Shown piece after piece: positions 36,789-45,913 of a stretch of DNA of 64,000 nt (positions within the stretch are counted from its first letter, which is position 1; the number at the start of each line of letters is the position of its first letter). The translations under genes and the position numbers were made by a program. Source of the stretch: Candidatus Latescibacterota bacterium (GTDB taxonomy: Bacteria; Latescibacterota; UBA2968); NCBI GenBank assembly GCA_965205975.1, contig OZ242195.1, forward strand, positions 3,296,001 through 3,360,000, in the 5' to 3' direction. Below the pieces are notes generated by a model. It searched no databases. It saw only the letters and a program-made list of their open reading frames with translations, and was not told the DNA's origin.

Positions 36789-38543
36789 CTACCAGTACAA
36801 TTCTGTTCTGCGCGTTCGCATAGCATCTGCTTGATCGATCTCTTTTCCCAGTGCCAAGAGATGTGCCTGGCGAAGCCACCAAAAGGCTTCAAATAGGGGT
36901 CGGCGAGGCGAGGCACCGCGCTCTAAATTTGGTTTTCTGCGGTTGAGATGCCGAATTTGTCTGTGCGCTCTTTTCGCAAATTCGCGGACATTTTTATTGG
37001 GATCGTTTTTAGAGAGCCAGAAAAGCGTTCTGTGTGCTCTTCCTCCGGGATTAACGCGCAATGCCGCCAATGCCCGCACATAACACTGTCGCCATATAGA
37101 CCGAGGTTCTACGAAATCTCCATCTGCATAATCCGATACTTTCTCGCTGCGACTTGTGTCATTTTTTTTTGTTTTCAGCCTTTCAAGACAAAACCTTGCA
37201 AACTCTTCGCGCAACCCCTGCAAGTGCGGGTCTCTATTCAGTTCACTCTGAAGATTCCGAAGATCCATAGAGATTTCAATCCAAGAAGGGATTTTATTAT
37301 ATGGATGAGGCGGAGGCTCTTTATCAGATCCGGACCAGTGGCTAAGATCCGAGGCAACGGCTGGTTCAGTCATCTCCGTGAAAGCCAGTAATAAGGACTT
37401 CAAGCATCGCCACGGAGAGGAAAAAATTAACAACACCTCAAAAGCCATATGATAAAAATCGTAAACGGGCGCACCTGTTGGATCCTTATGTTTAAAGTCT
37501 TCAGGCGTCTCTCGCAGCACTTTCCGCAATATTCCCATGTGTTTGGTAGCACTTGCGACAAGCCGATTTCTCAGTTCATCTGACAGACCAGACTCCAACC
37601 CGCCCATACCCCTACTGTAAATCAATACAGATAACCACCACCAGGCCTTGAGCAAAGATGCGCGTCCTCGACTTAACTCAGGTTCTCTTTCATCCAAAAG
37701 TTCCAGGAATGGGATTAACTCATCTGCAACAATCTGCCATCCGTAACCTGCGTGCTTCAAACGTTCCTTACCCGACGCAAAGCCAATATTCGTAGCATAT
37801 TCAATGGCATGCAGGAGACCAAAAATTTTATCGCCCAAAACATCTTCCGGAAAACTGGAAAACACTTGTAAAACGGTGTCCAATCTGATTATATCGCAAC
37901 GTTCTGCGTTATCCCGGAATCGCCAGATTAACCAAAATTCAATCTGTTCAGGATCACTAAAATCATTATTGGACCATCCTTGTCGCCGAATCGGATTCAA
38001 CAACTCAAAATTGACGACCAGATCTAAAGGCACGCCTTCTGAAAAAAGAAATGGAATCAGGTCAAAGAATAGGAAAGTATGCGCATCCCTAATTTCTATG
38101 AGCTTGTGCCAATCCAAACGTCTTGCACTAAACACCGCCTGCCTTTGAAACTCGTCAACCCACGCGGGAATAACCCAGTCTCTACCTGATTTCACCAGCT
38201 TATCATTGGGCTGAACCACTTCGCTGTAGATAGGCCCAAACCCGAGCAAAAAGCTCAAAAGCAGTGATAGGCGGGTTTGGCGGTCTTTCTCGGTTTGATC
38301 CGGCTCTCCTAACTTGTCCACGACCCCAAGCAGGACACGCTCAAAATAATCCGCAAACTCGCCTTTGAATACAGCGTCACTGCTGCGATCGCCAAAACAG
38401 TCTGGACGTTCAAAAACGCGAATTAGCCATTCCTCGTCATCACGGGAAAAACCAGCGTCCTGAAGGCACTGTTTTACAGGAAATATTTCTGAATCATCTA
38501 AAGGGAAAACAAGGCCAGAAGGGCCATCTTCAGCTACGCTCAT
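36789..38543 (-). CDS. Hypothetical 584-aa all-helical protein with HEAT-like C-terminal segment
   Basis: Long ORF; GAGGAG RBS before ATG 38543; WRQCYVRALAAL...NDPNKNVREFA HEAT-like pair. Confidence 0.75.
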   Translation of the reverse strand: MSVAEDGPSGLVFPLDDSEIFPVKQCLQDAGFSRDDEEWLIRVFERPDCFGDRSSDAVFKGEFADYFERVLLGVVDKLGEPDQTEKDRQTRLSLLLSFLLGFGPIYSEVVQPNDKLVKSGRDWVIPAWVDEFQRQAVFSARRLDWHKLIEIRDAHTFLFFDLIPFLFSEGVPLDLVVNFELLNPIRRQGWSNNDFSDPEQIEFWLIWRFRDNAERCDIIRLDTVLQVFSSFPEDVLGDKIFGLLHAIEYATNIGFASGKERLKHAGYGWQIVADELIPFLELLDEREPELSRGRASLLKAWWWLSVLIYSRGMGGLESGLSDELRNRLVASATKHMGILRKVLRETPEDFKHKDPTGAPVYDFYHMAFEVLLIFSSPWRCLKSLLLAFTEMTEPAVASDLSHWSGSDKEPPPHPYNKIPSWIEISMDLRNLQSELNRDPHLQGLREEFARFCLERLKTKKNDTSRSEKVSDYADGDFVEPRSIWRQCYVRALAALRVNPGGRAHRTLFWLSKNDPNKNVREFAKRAHRQIRHLNRRKPNLERGASPRRPLFEAFWWLRQAHLLALGKEIDQADAMRTRRTELYW

Positions 38544-38619
38544 ACCAACTCCTCTGTTAAGCGTCAAGCCATATCCTTGTGAGCAATCAACTCAGAATTT
38601 TGTAATCCTGTCTAGATTG

Positions 38620-38694
38620 TGAACCCGTAGGATTCCCGACAGAAGAAGTGTCGAGACCGGAAGAGATGCAGATTGCATCAAAGCACGAGGTTCA
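38620..38694 (-). ncRNA. Putative structured 5'-leader RNA, copy B
   Basis: Same fold as copy A, directly after TTGACA(38729)-17-TATTCT. Confidence 0.6.
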
Positions 38695-38760
38695 AAAAAA
38701 AGAATATACAATTTGCTCAGATTTGTCAACGCCAAATTTGAAAAATTCCAATTGCTTCCA

Positions 38761-38795
38761 ACAAAAAACGCCCCAGCGCGTGCCGAGGCGTTTCC
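38761..38795 (-). terminator. Terminator downstream of rfbB (partial copy at 34767-34794)
   Basis: AAACGCCTCGGC-ACGC-GCTGGGGCGTTTTTT on minus strand. Confidence 0.7.
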
Positions 38796-38945
38796 TTCTT
38801 TTATTACCAGATTTTATTCCGTTTCTCATCCGCGTCTATATGACGGGCAGGCACAAGGCACTGCCCCTACATTCATTTCACCCGCATTCTCATCTGCGTC
38901 TATCTGCGTCATCTGCGGATACTTATGGTTTTTCATCCCCACCAC

Positions 38946-39959
38946 CTATTTCCGCTCATCGTATTGCCGCCTGTAATAATCTCGATACCCTGCGCTATCT
39001 CGAATTTTTCGCCACCAATCTTCATTGCCCAAATACCACTCAACCGTCAGGCGCAATGACTCTTCAAAATTGTACTTCGGCTTCCACCCCAGCGCCATAA
39101 TTTTTGATGCATTTAAAGAATACCGCATATCGTGCCCGGGCCGATCAGCCACATGCTGCATTAAATCTTTCGGCTTCTCCAAATACTCCAGAATTTTTTC
39201 CGCAACAGAAAGGCCATCCGCTTCATTCTCACCCCCCACATTATACGCCTCGCCCTGCGCGCCCTTATGCAGCACCAGATCAATCGCCTCGCAGTGATCC
39301 GTCACATAGAGATGATCGCGAATCGCCGTCCCCGCGCCATACACGGGCAATGCAAGATCATCCATCGCATTGGCAATATAAATGGGCACGCGCTTCTCGG
39401 GATATTGAAACCCACCAATATTATTGGATGCACGCGTAATCACCACGGGCAAACCATAAGTAATGGCAAATGCCCGCGCCATCATATCGCCAGACGCTTT
39501 CGCCACCGAGTATGGATTGCGCGGTGCAATTGGTGCATCCTCGGTCCACGGATCTTCGTCCTCGTCCAAAGACCCATACACCTCATCTGTACTCACCTGC
39601 AAAAACCGCTCAACACCGCAATCTCGCGCTGCAGCGAGCAGCGTGTACACACCCAGCGCATTGGACTTCATAAACTCCTCGGCACCCATAATGCTCCGAT
39701 CCACATGGCTCTCAGCAGCAAAATTCACCACCAGATCGACCCGCTGCATCAAATCATTGACCAGCCCAGCATCGCAAATATCCCCCCGCACAAATTCATA
39801 CCGGGAATCGTCCACAACATCCAGCAGATTGTCCAGATTGCCCGCGTACGTCAGCTTGTCCAAATTGATAACGCGATAATCGCGATACGCATCGAGAACA
39901 TATCGCACAAAATGGCTGCCAATAAACCCGGCACCGCCTGTAATGAGCATTGTCTTCAA
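38946..39959 (-). CDS. rfbB: dTDP-glucose 4,6-dehydratase
   Basis: TGGAGFIGS, DKLTYAGN, AAESHVDRSI, STDEVYG, YSVAK, DRPGHD. Confidence 0.94.
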   Translation of the reverse strand: MKTMLITGGAGFIGSHFVRYVLDAYRDYRVINLDKLTYAGNLDNLLDVVDDSRYEFVRGDICDAGLVNDLMQRVDLVVNFAAESHVDRSIMGAEEFMKSNALGVYTLLAAARDCGVERFLQVSTDEVYGSLDEDEDPWTEDAPIAPRNPYSVAKASGDMMARAFAITYGLPVVITRASNNIGGFQYPEKRVPIYIANAMDDLALPVYGAGTAIRDHLYVTDHCEAIDLVLHKGAQGEAYNVGGENEADGLSVAEKILEYLEKPKDLMQHVADRPGHDMRYSLNASKIMALGWKPKYNFEESLRLTVEWYLGNEDWWRKIRDSAGYRDYYRRQYDERK

Positions 39960-40191
39960 ATTTTTCTCCTAAAAGCATCCGCAGATGAACGCAGATAGAC
40001 GCAGATGATGTGGGGGCAGTGTGTGTGAACGGGCCTGGATAGAAACCGCTCGTGCCTGCCCATCAGATGAACACAGAGTAAGGAGCGATCAGCTTTCAGC
40101 TTTACTACGTTAAAATGAGAGTGTCATCGCGGCATGGTGTTGAGCCGCGATCCAGGAGGCTTTTCGCTGACTGTTTATTTTCTAAACATTC

Positions 40192-40416
40192 TCATGAAAG
40201 GTCAAGTTCTCGTCTCACTTCAGCATCTGAGTACACCGCCTCTGTACCTTCTCGGACGCGCTCCAATACTTCTGCGGCAAGATAATAATCCTCCACATCC
40301 TCAAGACCGCGTTTGATAATCTCCCCAAGAAAGAAATCCTTGCTGCGCCCTGTTCGCGCCACGAGGGAATCAATTCGTTTCTCCGCTTCGGGAGCCAGTT
40401 GAATTGTAGCCGCCAT
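40192..40416 (-). CDS. Ribbon-helix-helix (RelB/CopG-like) antitoxin
   Basis: RIDSLVARTGRSKDFF...GLEDVEDYYLA..VLER pattern. Confidence 0.75.
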   Translation of the reverse strand: MAATIQLAPEAEKRIDSLVARTGRSKDFFLGEIIKRGLEDVEDYYLAAEVLERVREGTEAVYSDAEVRRELDLS

Positions 40417-40434
40417 ATTGTCGTCTCCTCTTAT

Positions 40435-43074
40435 CTAAACATTGCCAATTTTTTCTATCAACTGCTGTCGTACATCCTTGCCATCGACGTTCATCTCCGC
40501 GATGATGAACAGCCCTTTGCCATCGCTTTCCTGCTCCCAAAGAGCACCTATGGTTCGCTTATCCGCGGTATCGGACCCCTCGGCAATATGTGCACCCTTG
40601 TACTCGACGACAAAAAGACGGTCATCCTCCAACTGCGCAACAAAGTCCGGATAGAATTTGTCCGTCGGAGTCGGCAGAAAGAACGACTCCGAATGACGCG
40701 CTACGTTGCGAATCCAGTATTTCACTTCTGCCAGACTGTCGATGACCTGAGCACACTGCGTCTCCTCGCCATCTTCAACACCATCAAAAGCGGGAACGCG
40801 ATCCGTACCTAAAAAATGCTTACACGGCTTCCAGCGTCCACGATAGTATCTTTGATCCTGGTACATCCCATCCACAAATGTGAAAGCAGAGTCGAACGAA
40901 ACCGAGACCTTAGACCCAGGCGCAAAAAGACACCGCTGATAAACACTGTTTTGCTCCTGCTGGCGAATGGCATTGATTTTTTTCGCAATTGTGTTGGCAA
41001 GCAGAAATTTACAACGCATCAGTGCGGAGATGGACATGCCGCGTGCCTTGAGCAAATGATTGACCAGTTCGCGTAGCCATTTGAGCAGTTCGCTCTGGTG
41101 AATATCCATCTGTCGCACCTGTCGGTCAAGCCACAGGACAAGTGACTCTGGCGTCCAGCTTTCCGCAGCAATATCCAGAGCCAATTGCTCATCCTCACTG
41201 GCAAACTGATAGGTGACGCGCTTGCCTTCAATATCAATCTCAAAACTGCGTGCTGTCTCGCGGATCGTGAACTCATCTTCGTCCATCTTTGGGGAATAAT
41301 TGAGCAGCGACCAATCGTGGTATTCCATAAAAATGTCCGTATCGGCAAATTCCAGCGTACCCTGGATATCCGACATCAGACGCGGAACCTCGAATTTCTC
41401 CCCTTGTTCAGCAGGCGATATTCTATCCTTGATCTCGTCGTGATATTTCGCAACAGCATCAACAAAATCTTCTCTCTGCGGTTCAGGCAAACTCTCACAA
41501 ATCGCCTTCTCATCGTCTTCACTGATCCAACCTGTAACTGCGATCTCAACCTCTCCTTCAGTTGTTTCGCGCACCAGCAGTCCATCTTGCCCTGCCTCTT
41601 CGAGCCTGGACACGACTTCTGGCGTCGCCGGTGCTCTGTATCTGAACACCAACTCTGTCTCTTGACGCGGACCAAACAAGTCGCCCTGATCTTCGAACGC
41701 ACGTTGAACTGGCTCGATATTGTCGAGGGCCTCATCTTCCTCAAAGCCCATACCCACCAGTTTATCAGTAAGCCCTCGCGCCGCCTCTCCAAAAGACGGT
41801 TCGGACAGAAACGCATACGCTTTGTTGAGATCGGCAACCCCACGCCGTTTGGCATAAGGCATCCGAAGCACGCGACCGAGAAGTTGCTCCACATCTTTTG
41901 CACTTTGAATGCGCGACACAGAGCAAAAAACATAAGCAAATGAACAGTCCCACCCTTCTTTCAGTGCCTCAACCGTGATGATATATTCGATAGGGCAAGC
42001 GCGGTCAAACAGATCAATACCATCGAGTTCGCGTTGGTTCCCAGTGGCAATGGCGATCTTGTCTTCCGGAATCTGTTCCACTTCCATCAGATGATCTTTC
42101 AGTGCTGCAACCGTCACCTCCTGGTTTCGTGGCTGTGCCTGGAACAAGACAATGGGACGGATATAGTCGGCATCGTCGCTCGCAGTCTCTGCAAGAGAAG
42201 CACAAGCGGCAATAGCACCGTTTACAGCATTCTGCCATGTATCGTGCTCGGAAAGCATAATAGGCAACTTGATCATCTCTTCGCGCTTCAATTCCTGCGC
42301 CGTAACGCTGTGCAAAATATTTGACCTGCGCCGTGGCGTAGCCGTGAACTCGACAATCGCGCACGGATTCACCCGCGCCTGCATCTCCCGGGTCAAGCCA
42401 GTAACCGCGTTGTGCGCCTCATCCACAATCATCAGCGGACGGTGGATATGGAGCAAGTTGGCAAAAGAAAATTTGACACCACCTTGTTCCAACTTCTCCA
42501 ACCCAAGAGCAGTGTTCCCAACATTAGAGAAATGCGGCTCCATCTCCTCGTTGTGAGCATAAACCTTCCGCCCCTCAGTACGATTCACCCTCAGCGTTTG
42601 AATCGTACCGACCACAATGCAGCAATGATCGCGAATATCGTGCGGTCGGATATGCGTAAAATCCGCAATATCGAACACCCGCACCCGACCATCAAAAGCA
42701 TCATCCAACACCTGCCGATACGCATGGCGCGTAGTCTTCAATGCCTCAACCGTCTGCTGGCGAATGGTATTCGTCGGCACCAGCCAGAGCACTACGGGAT
42801 AATCCTTCTCAATCCATGCATTGCGAGCAACCGACACGGCATGTGCAGCGAGAATCGTCTTACCCCCACCCGTTGGCAGGCGCAAACAAACATAGGGAAC
42901 ATCAAACAATTCTTTTAACGGCACATAAGCACCAGCATAGCCCCCAAGCCGCATTGCCTGCTCTGGCTCTTGCGTGATTGCCTCGTACGCGTTCTTCGGT
43001 CCCGCCATCCGCGCCTCCTCAAAGAAGCGACGCAGAATAGACAGCGTATCAGTCTGGTATTGTTTTAAGTTCAT
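40435..43074 (-). CDS. res: Type III restriction enzyme Res subunit
   Basis: LPTGGGKT, VDEAH, ALKEGWD, QLLGRVLR, C-terminal YPDF...VVEYKG nuclease motif. Confidence 0.9.
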   Translation of the reverse strand: MNLKQYQTDTLSILRRFFEEARMAGPKNAYEAITQEPEQAMRLGGYAGAYVPLKELFDVPYVCLRLPTGGGKTILAAHAVSVARNAWIEKDYPVVLWLVPTNTIRQQTVEALKTTRHAYRQVLDDAFDGRVRVFDIADFTHIRPHDIRDHCCIVVGTIQTLRVNRTEGRKVYAHNEEMEPHFSNVGNTALGLEKLEQGGVKFSFANLLHIHRPLMIVDEAHNAVTGLTREMQARVNPCAIVEFTATPRRRSNILHSVTAQELKREEMIKLPIMLSEHDTWQNAVNGAIAACASLAETASDDADYIRPIVLFQAQPRNQEVTVAALKDHLMEVEQIPEDKIAIATGNQRELDGIDLFDRACPIEYIITVEALKEGWDCSFAYVFCSVSRIQSAKDVEQLLGRVLRMPYAKRRGVADLNKAYAFLSEPSFGEAARGLTDKLVGMGFEEDEALDNIEPVQRAFEDQGDLFGPRQETELVFRYRAPATPEVVSRLEEAGQDGLLVRETTEGEVEIAVTGWISEDDEKAICESLPEPQREDFVDAVAKYHDEIKDRISPAEQGEKFEVPRLMSDIQGTLEFADTDIFMEYHDWSLLNYSPKMDEDEFTIRETARSFEIDIEGKRVTYQFASEDEQLALDIAAESWTPESLVLWLDRQVRQMDIHQSELLKWLRELVNHLLKARGMSISALMRCKFLLANTIAKKINAIRQQEQNSVYQRCLFAPGSKVSVSFDSAFTFVDGMYQDQRYYRGRWKPCKHFLGTDRVPAFDGVEDGEETQCAQVIDSLAEVKYWIRNVARHSESFFLPTPTDKFYPDFVAQLEDDRLFVVEYKGAHIAEGSDTADKRTIGALWEQESDGKGLFIIAEMNVDGKDVRQQLIEKIGNV

Positions 43075-43112
43075 AACACGGCTACTCGACAATGGTTCGG
43101 ATATTTTTTGAA

Positions 43113-43234
43113 CGGTACATATCTTTCACATAACCGCCCATTCATGGATCAAAATGTACCCTTTTCGCCTTTCATCTGTGCCCATCTGTGCCCATCTGCG
43201 TCCATCTGCGGATTAAATTCAGGTTGTAAACAAG
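43113..43234 (-). repeat. Dispersed element, copy 2 (inverted relative to 31907-32018)
   Basis: Reverse complement aligns with copy 1 and has one extra GGGCACAGAT unit. Confidence 0.85.
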
Positions 43235-43391
43235 CGGGCAATACAGCATATTTAAAACATAATGCAGTATTTAGACATCTTCCAACGCAAATTATCGCTC
43301 ATTTTTTAAAGGATTACCATTTTTTGGCCTGCCATTTGCTTTGTGTCTGACTGTCCCACGCACTCACCCCATCAGACGCGAGGCATCTTAC

Positions 43392-44300
43392 ATGGCAGAC
43401 ATTGACACCATATCCAAATACCTCATTCAACACTATCCCGACCACTTCGTACGCTTCGCTCTCTCGCGAGACGACATCGAGGTCATTGACGTCATCGAAA
43501 CGGAGCAACCCACGGTCAGAGCACGCCGTAGCGACAGCTTCATTCGCGTGCGTATCGATGGTCAGGAGGCATTAGTCCACAACGAATTTCAAACGGCCAG
43601 CAGCACCAATCCGCCTATGCCGCGCCGCATGGTTGGCTATATCGGACATGCCATTGAGCATCATGGCCTACCGATCTACTCCAACGCCATCTACCTGCGA
43701 CCCGATGCGGGACAGAACGATCTGGGATATTACATTCAGGAGTTTCCCGGCTACGAAATCGCGATTCGGTATCGCGTGATCAGACTGATCGAAATAGAAG
43801 GCCAACGCATCTTGGATACGGGGCATTCGGGGCTGATTCCTTTCACGCCATTGATGAAGCCACCTGAGGAAATGGCATCTGATGCGTGGTTACATCAGTG
43901 TATTCACACCGCTCGGGCGCGTCCCATCGCTCGTTCGCCCAAAGCCGATTATCTGGCTGGGATGGTGGCCTTGAGCGAGTTGGTATATGATTCTGAAACC
44001 ATTTCTGCTATCATTTTCAAGGAGGGCATCATGGACATCTTGCGCGAATCATCTCTTTTTCAATCCCTTACCCAACAAAGCAGAAAGGAAGCCAGAGAGG
44101 AGGGCATTGAACAAGGCGAAAGAAGAAGCACGATCGAAGCTATCCTTGAAGTGCTGGAGATTCGATTTAACATGCCCGAGACACACACCCTATCCACTCG
44201 CATTGCCGCTATTGACGATTTACAACGCCTCAAGCAGTTGCTCCGTACAGCGGTCCAGGTGCCCAATCTCGAAGCATTTCAGCGCATATTAGATGCGTGA
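43392..44300 (+). CDS. Rpn/YhgA-like (PD-(D/E)xK) family protein
   Basis: DTISKYL, RRSDS...HNEFQ, MPRRM..Y, LRESSLFQ, EEGIEQG repeat. Confidence 0.8.
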   Translation: MADIDTISKYLIQHYPDHFVRFALSRDDIEVIDVIETEQPTVRARRSDSFIRVRIDGQEALVHNEFQTASSTNPPMPRRMVGYIGHAIEHHGLPIYSNAIYLRPDAGQNDLGYYIQEFPGYEIAIRYRVIRLIEIEGQRILDTGHSGLIPFTPLMKPPEEMASDAWLHQCIHTARARPIARSPKADYLAGMVALSELVYDSETISAIIFKEGIMDILRESSLFQSLTQQSRKEAREEGIEQGERRSTIEAILEVLEIRFNMPETHTLSTRIAAIDDLQRLKQLLRTAVQVPNLEAFQRILDA

Positions 44301-44371
44301 CGTGATTTCCATAAGCCTGACGAGATACAGGGACACCGCGCAACATCAGTTATTTACACTATGATCGCCCC

Positions 44372-45913
44372 TCACATCCGAGCCTTCACATCATAAGGCG
44401 TCTGCTTAAAAATAATGCCCTCGCGCTCAAGTGTTTGTGGCATCAAACGCGACTGCTCGCCATAAACCGTCAGCGGTCCATCGGCGTCTGGATGCGCTTT
44501 AGAGATTTCCTCGCGGATATGCACCAATGTTGCACGGGTCAAAACATTGCCACCACCTGGTCGCTTATCTCCAAGAATACCATTGTATAACAACGCATAA
44601 GCGCGCCCATCGTGCAAACCGAGAAATGGAGAATCGCCCTTCCCTTTCCACGGATACCCGGTCTCGCTAAAATAAACATGCGCGGCCAGAACGGAAAATC
44701 GAATATCTGACCGAATCTGCCCATCCTCATCAAACACAGGCGGACCGAGGCGATAGAAGCGAAACCCACCACCACCCTGCCAATTGACACTCTTTGAAAT
44801 ACCACCCTGCTCGCCCTCAATCACCTTCCGCAGACGCGGAACACAATGACTGACCGCGTGCTCACCCATCTCAATACCAATGTACCGCCGCCCCATCTTA
44901 TGCGCCACCGCCGCCGTAGTGCCCGATCCGAGGAAAGAATCGAGAACGAGATCGCCGGGGTCGGTGGCGATGTGAAGGATGCGTTGAATGAGGCGTTCGG
45001 GTTTTGGGGTGTCAAACGTGTTGGCTACGCCAAAAAGTATATTTACCTCTTTCTTGGCCTCCTGATTATGGCCAACCTCTTCATTTGGCCACCATGTCCA
45101 AGATTGTCTGCCTCTTGCTTCCGCTAGATAATTTTTCCTACGAGGAACGCCCTTTCCATCCCTCCCAAACCAGAATCTTCCTTCCTTCACTTGGTTTAAA
45201 AAAACGTCTTCCACATTTTTCCAACAAGACCCCTCTGGTGGATAGTATTCAGCACCACCTGGCGTTACGATTTTATACATTTGATTTGGCCTGTAACCCT
45301 GTGCACTAAAATCCCTCGAAACCCATGGACCACGCGGATCATTATCGGGATTTTTGTATTCCTTTTTCTGGTTTTCGTTTAGCGGGAGTAAGTTTGCTTT
45401 TTCGCGGAATAGGGATACATTTTTTGAAGAAACAAGAACATTTTCGTGCCCATCTCCAAGAACTGCTCGAAAATCGGGTGAAGTTCTCTTTTGCCAAACT
45501 ACATTTGCCACGAAATTTCTTCTTCCGAATACCTCATCCATAATGACTTTCAGATAATGCACCTCATTGTCATCAATCGACACCCAAATCGATCCATCCT
45601 CTGATAGTAACTCGCGCAGAAGTTCAAGGCGCGGCCACATCATCGCCAGCCACTTGCTGTGTTCGAGATTATCGTCGTAGTGCTCGAAAGCCGAGCGCGT
45701 GTTATACGGCGGATCAATGTAAATGCACTTCACCTGTCCAGAGTAGAACGGCAGCAATGCCTTGAGCGCGTCAAGATTGTCGCCCTGGATGAGCATATTG
45801 TCGGCATCCGTATCACCAGAGGAAAGGTCGGATGCTTCCTCCAGCAAGCGATACGGCACGCGAGTGGCGGCGCGGATATTTTCGTCTCGTGTTAGCCAGT
45901 GTAGAATCGGCAT
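44372..45913 (-). CDS. mod: Type III R-M DNA methyltransferase Mod
   Basis: IQGDNL, YIDPPYNT, TPKPERLI, DSFLGSGTT. Confidence 0.92.
   Translation of the reverse strand: MPILHWLTRDENIRAATRVPYRLLEEASDLSSGDTDADNMLIQGDNLDALKALLPFYSGQVKCIYIDPPYNTRSAFEHYDDNLEHSKWLAMMWPRLELLRELLSEDGSIWVSIDDNEVHYLKVIMDEVFGRRNFVANVVWQKRTSPDFRAVLGDGHENVLVSSKNVSLFREKANLLPLNENQKKEYKNPDNDPRGPWVSRDFSAQGYRPNQMYKIVTPGGAEYYPPEGSCWKNVEDVFLNQVKEGRFWFGRDGKGVPRRKNYLAEARGRQSWTWWPNEEVGHNQEAKKEVNILFGVANTFDTPKPERLIQRILHIATDPGDLVLDSFLGSGTTAAVAHKMGRRYIGIEMGEHAVSHCVPRLRKVIEGEQGGISKSVNWQGGGGFRFYRLGPPVFDEDGQIRSDIRFSVLAAHVYFSETGYPWKGKGDSPFLGLHDGRAYALLYNGILGDKRPGGGNVLTRATLVHIREEISKAHPDADGPLTVYGEQSRLMPQTLEREGIIFKQTPYDVKARM

Noticed and set aside
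34535..38694. Hammerhead ribozyme reading of the three-way-junction elements on the plus strand
   Set aside because: Core CUGANGA/GAAA is absent and G-U pairing favours the minus strand
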